Assembly (NCBI GenBank): GCA_016839585.1
Contig: JAEOTZ010000072.1
Span: 32,001 to 96,000, forward strand
Direction: 5' to 3'
DNA length: 64,000 bases
DNA from: Promethearchaeota archaeon
GTDB lineage: Archaea > Asgardarchaeota > Lokiarchaeia > Sigyniarchaeales > SOKP01
How positions within the stretch are numbered: position 1 is the stretch's first letter; every line of letters starts with the position of its first letter. Under the pieces are notes generated by a model, which searched no databases, was not told the DNA's origin, and saw only the letters and a program-made list of their open reading frames with translations. The translations under genes were made by a program, and so were the position numbers. Below are positions 58,378 through 64,000 of the stretch, one piece after another.

Positions 58378-60771
58378 ATGGATCGAGAGAGAATTGTAAT
58401 TGTTGGTGGAGTTGCTGGAGGAGCCTCTGCGGCAGCAAGGTTAAGGAGATTACGAGAGGATTTAGAAATTGTCATGTTAGATAAAGGTCCGTATGTTAGT
58501 TTTGCCAACTGCGGGCTTCCATATTATGTGGGAAATGTAATAAAGGATCGCGAGTCTTTAGAACTAGTCTCACCAGAGATGTTCCTAGAAAGGTTCAATA
58601 TTGATGTTAGAGTTAATAATGAAGTAATTTCAATAGATAAAGAGAAAAAGCAAGTCAAAGTCAGAGATTTAAAAAAATTGTACGAATACTTCTTAGATTA
58701 TGATAACTTGATTTTAGCAACTGGCTCAAATCCTATTGTACCTTCTTTTAATGGTCTTGAGGATGTACCATATTTTACAGTATGGTCTATACCCGATGCT
58801 GTAAAAATTAGAGATTATGTTGAAAAACATAATATAAAGAATGCTGTTATCGTTGGTGGTGGCTTTATTGGATTAGAAATGGCAGAAAACTTAGTTGAGA
58901 AGAGAGTGAAAGTAAAAATAGTGGAAATGCTAGATCAGGTAATGCCACCAATAGATAAGGAAATAGCGCAATTTATTCATCAAGAATTAATATTAAATGG
59001 AGTTTGTCTCGTTTTAGAAGATCCCGTAGATTCCTTTGGAAGAACTGAAGCTGGCCAACCTTTTGTTAAAACCAAAAGTGGTCGTGTTATAGAAACAGAT
59101 CTGATAATTTTATCAATAGGTATTAGACCAGAAAGTAAGTTGGCTAAAGAAGCAGATTTAGAATTAACAGAAAGAGGTTATATAAAGGTTAATCGTAGAA
59201 TGTTAGCATCTGATCCCAGTATTTATGCTGTTGGAGATACTATTCAAGTTCAGCATTATCAAACAAATCAACCAATATCTATAGCCTTAGCAGGTCCAGC
59301 AAATAAACAAGGGAGAATTGCGGCAGAAAATGTTGCCGGAAGAAATTTAGAATATAAAGGAATTTTGGGAGCATCTGTAGTTAAAATTTTTGATGTCACT
59401 GTTGCTTCTGCAGGTTTAACAGAAAAACAACTAAAAAATACCACTATTAAATATGAAAAAATATATGTACATCCAAACAATCATGCTGGTTACTATCCAG
59501 GAGCTATACCAATAACGATTAAATTAATTTTCGAAGTACCTAGTGGTAAAGTTCTTGGAGCTCAGGCTGTTGGAGGTCAAGGTACAGAAAAAAGAATTGA
59601 TGTCATCTCTACTGTAATTAAGTTTGGTGGGACAGTTTTTGACTTGGAAGAATTAGAGTTAACTTATGCTCCTCCGTATGGTTCTGCAAAAGATCCAGTA
59701 AATATGGCAGGATTTGTTGCGGCAAATTATCTTAGAGAAGATATGCCTATTTGGCATTGGCATGATATTAATGAAGTTAAAACTAATGGAGGTATATTAT
59801 TAGATGTTAGAACCAAAGAAGAATATGCAGCTAGAACCATCGAGGACTCAATGAACGTACCAATTGAAGAATTAAGAAAACGATTAAGTGAAATACCTAA
59901 TAATGGGCCAATCTACGTCTATTGCGAAGTAGGATATAGAAGTTATTTAGCTACTAGGATTCTTTTACAAAGTGGATTTAAAGAAGTCTATGAATTAACC
60001 GGAGGATTTAAAATTTTTGAAATGGCAAATGCTACCACAGAAGAAATAATGGCTGCATGTGGAGGATCCGAAAACGTTATCGAGGAATTTGTACATGAAA
60101 AAGCTATTGAAACAGATAATTATGTAGAAGTTGATGCTTGTGGATTATCCTGTCCAGGACCTCTCAATGTGTTAATCAAATCACTTGATACATTACCTGA
60201 AAATAAAAAATTAAAAATCTATGCTACTGACCCAGGATTTAAATCTAGTGTTGAAGCCTATTCTAAATTAAATGAAGCTGTAAAATTATTACATCTTGGA
60301 AAAGAAGAAGGGAAGTTAGTAGCTACTTTAGAAAAAGTCCAGCCCACTATAGAAGTTATACCTACTGTTAGAAAGAAAACTAGAAAGGAATTAAGACCTC
60401 CTGATGCACCTCCGATTTCAGATATTAATGTTGATGAATTATATGAACGAATTGATACTGAAGATGAGCCAGTACTCTTAATTGATGTCAGAACCTCACA
60501 GGAATTTTATGGTTCAGGGGGTCATATAAAGAATTCCAAGTTAATTCCCTTAGGAGAATTATTAAATAATACAGATGTCATAAAAGATTATAAGAATGAA
60601 GAAATAGTTGTGATTTGTCATTCCGGGTCTCGCTCTATGATGGCAGCTCAATTGTTAGCACAGGCAGGATTCAAGGACGTTAGAAACCTCTTAGGGGGAA
60701 TAATGATATGGCACCGAAAAGGTTATCCCGTAAAGTTAGAAGAAGAAAGAATGGCAGGAACATTTTATTGA
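58378..60771 (+). CDS. CoA-disulfide/persulfide reductase with rhodanese, TusA and second rhodanese domains
   Basis: GGVAGG, SFANCGLPY, GGGFIG, YAPPY; YCEVGYR; DACGLSCPGP; ICHSGSRS. Confidence 0.92.
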   Translation: MDRERIVIVGGVAGGASAAARLRRLREDLEIVMLDKGPYVSFANCGLPYYVGNVIKDRESLELVSPEMFLERFNIDVRVNNEVISIDKEKKQVKVRDLKKLYEYFLDYDNLILATGSNPIVPSFNGLEDVPYFTVWSIPDAVKIRDYVEKHNIKNAVIVGGGFIGLEMAENLVEKRVKVKIVEMLDQVMPPIDKEIAQFIHQELILNGVCLVLEDPVDSFGRTEAGQPFVKTKSGRVIETDLIILSIGIRPESKLAKEADLELTERGYIKVNRRMLASDPSIYAVGDTIQVQHYQTNQPISIALAGPANKQGRIAAENVAGRNLEYKGILGASVVKIFDVTVASAGLTEKQLKNTTIKYEKIYVHPNNHAGYYPGAIPITIKLIFEVPSGKVLGAQAVGGQGTEKRIDVISTVIKFGGTVFDLEELELTYAPPYGSAKDPVNMAGFVAANYLREDMPIWHWHDINEVKTNGGILLDVRTKEEYAARTIEDSMNVPIEELRKRLSEIPNNGPIYVYCEVGYRSYLATRILLQSGFKEVYELTGGFKIFEMANATTEEIMAACGGSENVIEEFVHEKAIETDNYVEVDACGLSCPGPLNVLIKSLDTLPENKKLKIYATDPGFKSSVEAYSKLNEAVKLLHLGKEEGKLVATLEKVQPTIEVIPTVRKKTRKELRPPDAPPISDINVDELYERIDTEDEPVLLIDVRTSQEFYGSGGHIKNSKLIPLGELLNNTDVIKDYKNEEIVVICHSGSRSMMAAQLLAQAGFKDVRNLLGGIMIWHRKGYPVKLEEERMAGTFY

Positions 60772-60893
60772 TCTAAACTTCTGGATTTTTTATTAAAAAT
60801 AAGTATAAAAGTTATAATTAGGGTAAAATATTTTAAATCAAAAATATTCATTTATTACGAAATTTCCAAATTACAATTAGGAGGTTAAAAATT

Positions 60894-61484
60894 ATGAAAG
60901 AAACTACTAAAAAATTATATACCGCATATGTTGGAGAATCACAAGCAAGAAATAGATATAATTATTTTTCTAAAATTGCGAAAAAAGAAGGATATGTATT
61001 AGTGTCTAAAATTTTTGACGAAACATCAGATCAAGAGAAGGAACATGGTAGCTGGTTTTATAAAATGCTGCAACAGTTCAAAAAGGAAGAACCCTTTGAT
61101 GAAATGAAAGTACTCCCTGATGCAGAATTTCCAACAACCCATGGAACTACAATCGAGAATTTAAAATCTGCAATTAATGGCGAAAATATGGAATGGCAAA
61201 CACTTTACCCTGATATAGTTAAGACTGCTGAAAAAGAGGGGTATCCTGACATTGCCAAAAGAGTAAGTGCAATTATAAAGGCAGAAAAACATCACTCTGA
61301 GAGATATGGTAAGCTTCTTAAGTTGGTTGGTGATGATGCCTTCTTTAAACGAGGAAAGAAGGTCGTGTGGGTCTGTATGGAATGCGGTTATGAGGTAGAA
61401 ATGGATGAATTACCAAAAGATTTCAAATGTCCATCTTGTGATCACCCTAGAGAATATTATAGAAAGAAATGTGAAGATTTTTAG
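60894..61484 (+). CDS. rbr: Rubrerythrin
   Basis: GESQARNRY, EKEH, EKHH, WVCMECGY...CPSCDHP. Confidence 0.95.
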   Translation: MKETTKKLYTAYVGESQARNRYNYFSKIAKKEGYVLVSKIFDETSDQEKEHGSWFYKMLQQFKKEEPFDEMKVLPDAEFPTTHGTTIENLKSAINGENMEWQTLYPDIVKTAEKEGYPDIAKRVSAIIKAEKHHSERYGKLLKLVGDDAFFKRGKKVVWVCMECGYEVEMDELPKDFKCPSCDHPREYYRKKCEDF

Positions 61485-61584
61485 AAAAAATTTAGTTATT
61501 TTTAATTTAAAATGAAAATCATTAAATAGAAAAATATATGTGATAAAGCACAAAATAGTTAAATCTCAAATTGGTTATTAAAAA

Positions 61585-61974
61585 ATGAAACGAAAAGATA
61601 TATATAAGTGTGAAATTTGTGGAAAAGTAATTGAGATCCTTAATCCAGCAGCACCCGAAACAATCTGTTGCGGTCAACCTATGACATTAATGGAGGAGCT
61701 TTCCAAAGATTGGAAACTAGAGAAGCATGTCCCAAAGATCACAATTGAAGGCAATAAAGTAACTGTTGATGTGGGTATTTCAATGGGAACTCCTCATCCA
61801 ATGACAATGGAACATTGGATTATGTGGGTTGAGATAATGTGCAAAGATGGTTGCTACGAAAGAAGATTTTTAAATCCTGGAGATGAGCCTAAAGCAACTT
61901 TTACTGTTGCAAATCCAGAGGGTCTCATAGCAAGGGAATATTGCAATATCCATGGATTATGGATATCTAAGTAA
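61585..61974 (+). CDS. dfx: Desulfoferrodoxin (2Fe superoxide reductase)
   Basis: YKCEICG...CCGQPM, EKHVP, HPM, HWI.W, CNIHG. Confidence 0.95.
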   Translation: MKRKDIYKCEICGKVIEILNPAAPETICCGQPMTLMEELSKDWKLEKHVPKITIEGNKVTVDVGISMGTPHPMTMEHWIMWVEIMCKDGCYERRFLNPGDEPKATFTVANPEGLIAREYCNIHGLWISK

Positions 61975-62096
61975 GGATACTAACAAATTAACCTTTTCTT
62001 TTTTTTTATTATTTAAAAATTAAATATTTAAAGTTTAATTTTAATTATGACACTTATAATTATTTAATAGCAAGAGCTTATTTAGAAATATTATTT

Positions 62097-63452
62097 ATGT
62101 TAATTTATTTACAAATTTTTGTTATAAGTTGTTTTCTTGTCGTTATTATTGCCCTCTTTCGTGAGAAGACAGATTTTTTAACATATAGCATCGCAGCTAT
62201 GCTAGCAGCAGCTACTGCAACATTTCTTTTTTCACCGGAATCCTTCTCTATTGATGAATTTATTCTTGCAATAGATTGGCCAGTTATTTTTTTCTTAATT
62301 TCTTTATTTACGATAGTTGTTATTTTAGAGGAACAGTTAATTTTTCAGGAAATAGCGTTAAGAATCACTAGAAAATTTAGTACAAATACTCGAAAATTTT
62401 TTTGGGTAATTTGCTTAATTTCAACATTCAGTGCTGCGTTTATTGAAGATGTTTCAGTAACTGTAATTTTCATTCCCATGATTATTAGTACAAGCGAAAA
62501 GATGAGAATTAATCCTACTCCAATACTTCTAGGAATGACTATTTGTATTAATCTTGCCGCAACTTTAACTCCGTTCGGGTCTGCGCAGAATATATTAATA
62601 GCAAACAAATTTACACTTTCAACGAGCTGGTTTTTTACAAATTTAGCAGCATTTTTTATTATTGGTACATTGCTGACTCTATTTCTTCTGGATTATTTCG
62701 TTCTTAGAAAGCATTTAAAAGAGATTTGGGTTCCACATTGTGAAGAATATGAAGAGCCATTAGAAACTGAACACTTAGAAGAACATGAGTTAATTATTAT
62801 GGAAGATTCAATTAATCCTAAGATTTTTTATCGCAATTTAATTAGTTTATTCATTTTTTTCATAATGTTAATTATCATTCCAGACATTTTATTTATAGGG
62901 TTATTAGGAATGTTGTTGTTTGTATTTATTAACCCACGTAAAGGAGAGGCTGATAGAAAGAAGCCAGACATTTCTTATTACTTTTCTAAAGTAGATTTTA
63001 AATTACCTTTCTTTTTTATAAGTTTATTTATTTTGGTATTCTGTTTTGACAAAGTAGGGCTTATCGGCATCATTGAAGATTTTGTAGTAACAATTTCTCC
63101 AAATAATCTTTTCTTACTATGCATATTTGTATTAATTATAACATCTATTCTTTCAGGATTTCTTGATAACGTTCCTGTTACAGTTCTTTTTATCCCAGTC
63201 ATACAAGTTTTAATAGCTTCTGATTTTTCATCAATCCCATTGTTAATAGCATTCATATTAGGGATAAACTTAGGAGGGAACTTTTTACCACAAGGCTCAG
63301 CAGCGGATATGATGACACTCGAATTATCTACAAAATATTGCGTAGACGGGATGAATTATAAAAAACTGCTAAAGATTGGAGGGTTATTTGCCTTATTCCA
63401 TATAATTCTTGGTATTGGATATTTAGCATTAATTATTTTTATCTTCTTTTAA
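62097..63452 (+). CDS. ArsB/NhaD/SLC13-family (IT superfamily) permease
   Basis: TPFGSAQNILI, SGFLDNVP, NLGGNFLP.GS. Confidence 0.88.
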   Translation: MLIYLQIFVISCFLVVIIALFREKTDFLTYSIAAMLAAATATFLFSPESFSIDEFILAIDWPVIFFLISLFTIVVILEEQLIFQEIALRITRKFSTNTRKFFWVICLISTFSAAFIEDVSVTVIFIPMIISTSEKMRINPTPILLGMTICINLAATLTPFGSAQNILIANKFTLSTSWFFTNLAAFFIIGTLLTLFLLDYFVLRKHLKEIWVPHCEEYEEPLETEHLEEHELIIMEDSINPKIFYRNLISLFIFFIMLIIIPDILFIGLLGMLLFVFINPRKGEADRKKPDISYYFSKVDFKLPFFFISLFILVFCFDKVGLIGIIEDFVVTISPNNLFLLCIFVLIITSILSGFLDNVPVTVLFIPVIQVLIASDFSSIPLLIAFILGINLGGNFLPQGSAADMMTLELSTKYCVDGMNYKKLLKIGGLFALFHIILGIGYLALIIFIFF

Positions 63453-63477
63453 AAAAAATGAGGTTTTAGATTACCAG

Positions 63478-64000
63478 ATGAGGAAAAATAAAGCTATCTT
63501 TTTAGACAGAGATGGCACAATAATTGAAGATAAAAATTATGCTTATAAAATTGAAGATTTAGAACTTTTACCGGGAGTGGTAGATGGTTTGAAATTATTA
63601 CAAAGGTATTTTATTTTTTTCATAATAACAAATCAATCCGGGATTGGAAGAGGTTATTATACAGTGGTGGATTTTCATAAATTTAACAATTATCTCATTA
63701 AGCAATTAAAAGAGCATAGTATTAAAATAGAAAGAACCTATTTTTGCCCTCATTTAAAAGAAGATAATTGTGAATGTAGAAAACCAAAAACAAAATTTAT
63801 TGATACTATAGTATCTGATTATAATATAAATATAGAAAATTCTTGGATGATTGGTGATCACCCTTCAGATGTTCTCTGTGGTATTAATGCAGGATGCAAA
63901 ACAGTTTTTCTCTTAACGGGACACGGTCGAAAACACATTCAAGACTTAGAAGAGAATGAAATTGCTCCAAATATCATAACTAACAACTTTTTGAAAGCAG
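63478..64000 (+). CDS. GmhB/histidinol-phosphatase-like HAD phosphatase (runs off the window end)
   Basis: Manual translation MRKNKAIFLDRDGTII...TNQSGIGRG...FCPH....CECRKP...MIGD..SD. Confidence 0.92.
   Translation, partial: MRKNKAIFLDRDGTIIEDKNYAYKIEDLELLPGVVDGLKLLQRYFIFFIITNQSGIGRGYYTVVDFHKFNNYLIKQLKEHSIKIERTYFCPHLKEDNCECRKPKTKFIDTIVSDYNINIENSWMIGDHPSDVLCGINAGCKTVFLLTGHGRKHIQDLEENEIAPNIITNNFLKA

Noticed and set aside
955-63256. Antisense or nested ORFs in the track (e.g. 955-1206, 1316-1888, 2979-3179, 4290-4520, 11533-11724, 12956-13483, 14645-14866, 22129-22362, 34287-34565, 35388-35678, 50450-50719, 54928-55188, 56196-56522, 62345-62608, 62978-63256)
   Set aside because: They overlap well-supported genes and carry no recognisable motifs; treated as shadow ORFs.

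Overview
Very AT-rich archaeal chromosomal window, most consistent with an Asgard archaeon (Lokiarchaeia-like). This is inferred from archaeal/eukaryote-type ribosomal proteins (L30e, L44e, S27e, S19e, L39e, L31e, LX, S26e), roadblock proteins, AN1 zinc-finger, TPR/SNAP-like and coiled-coil proteins, and CdhE. Bases 1-30 kb are mostly translation, RNA-processing and protein-targeting genes, with tRNA-Gly(TCC), ahcY, archaeosine genes, TFB and a Co/Ni ECF transporter. Bases 30-54 kb are accessory or lineage-specific genes. Bases 54-64 kb hold a corrinoid protein and a sulfur-relay/Fe-S/oxidative-stress cluster. The most striking signal is in dnaG: its conserved GAIFGQ|TEGLL motif is split by a 40-nt insertion (13771-13810, minus strand) whose ends fall exactly on the cleavage positions of a relaxed bulge-helix-bulge motif. 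This makes it a candidate tRNA-endonuclease-spliced mRNA intron. Other notable items: several conserved genes that can only start at ATT/ATA codons; an HTH-ATP-cone-NrdD pseudo-enzyme; a diverged 350-bp microhomology-bounded tandem duplication in L30e-nusA; a ~310-nt structured ncRNA candidate; a ubiquitin-like protein with a masked GG; and an IscU-TrxB-domain fusion. No CRISPR array, rRNA or intact mobile element was seen. All family assignments are from motif recognition by eye, not from database searches.
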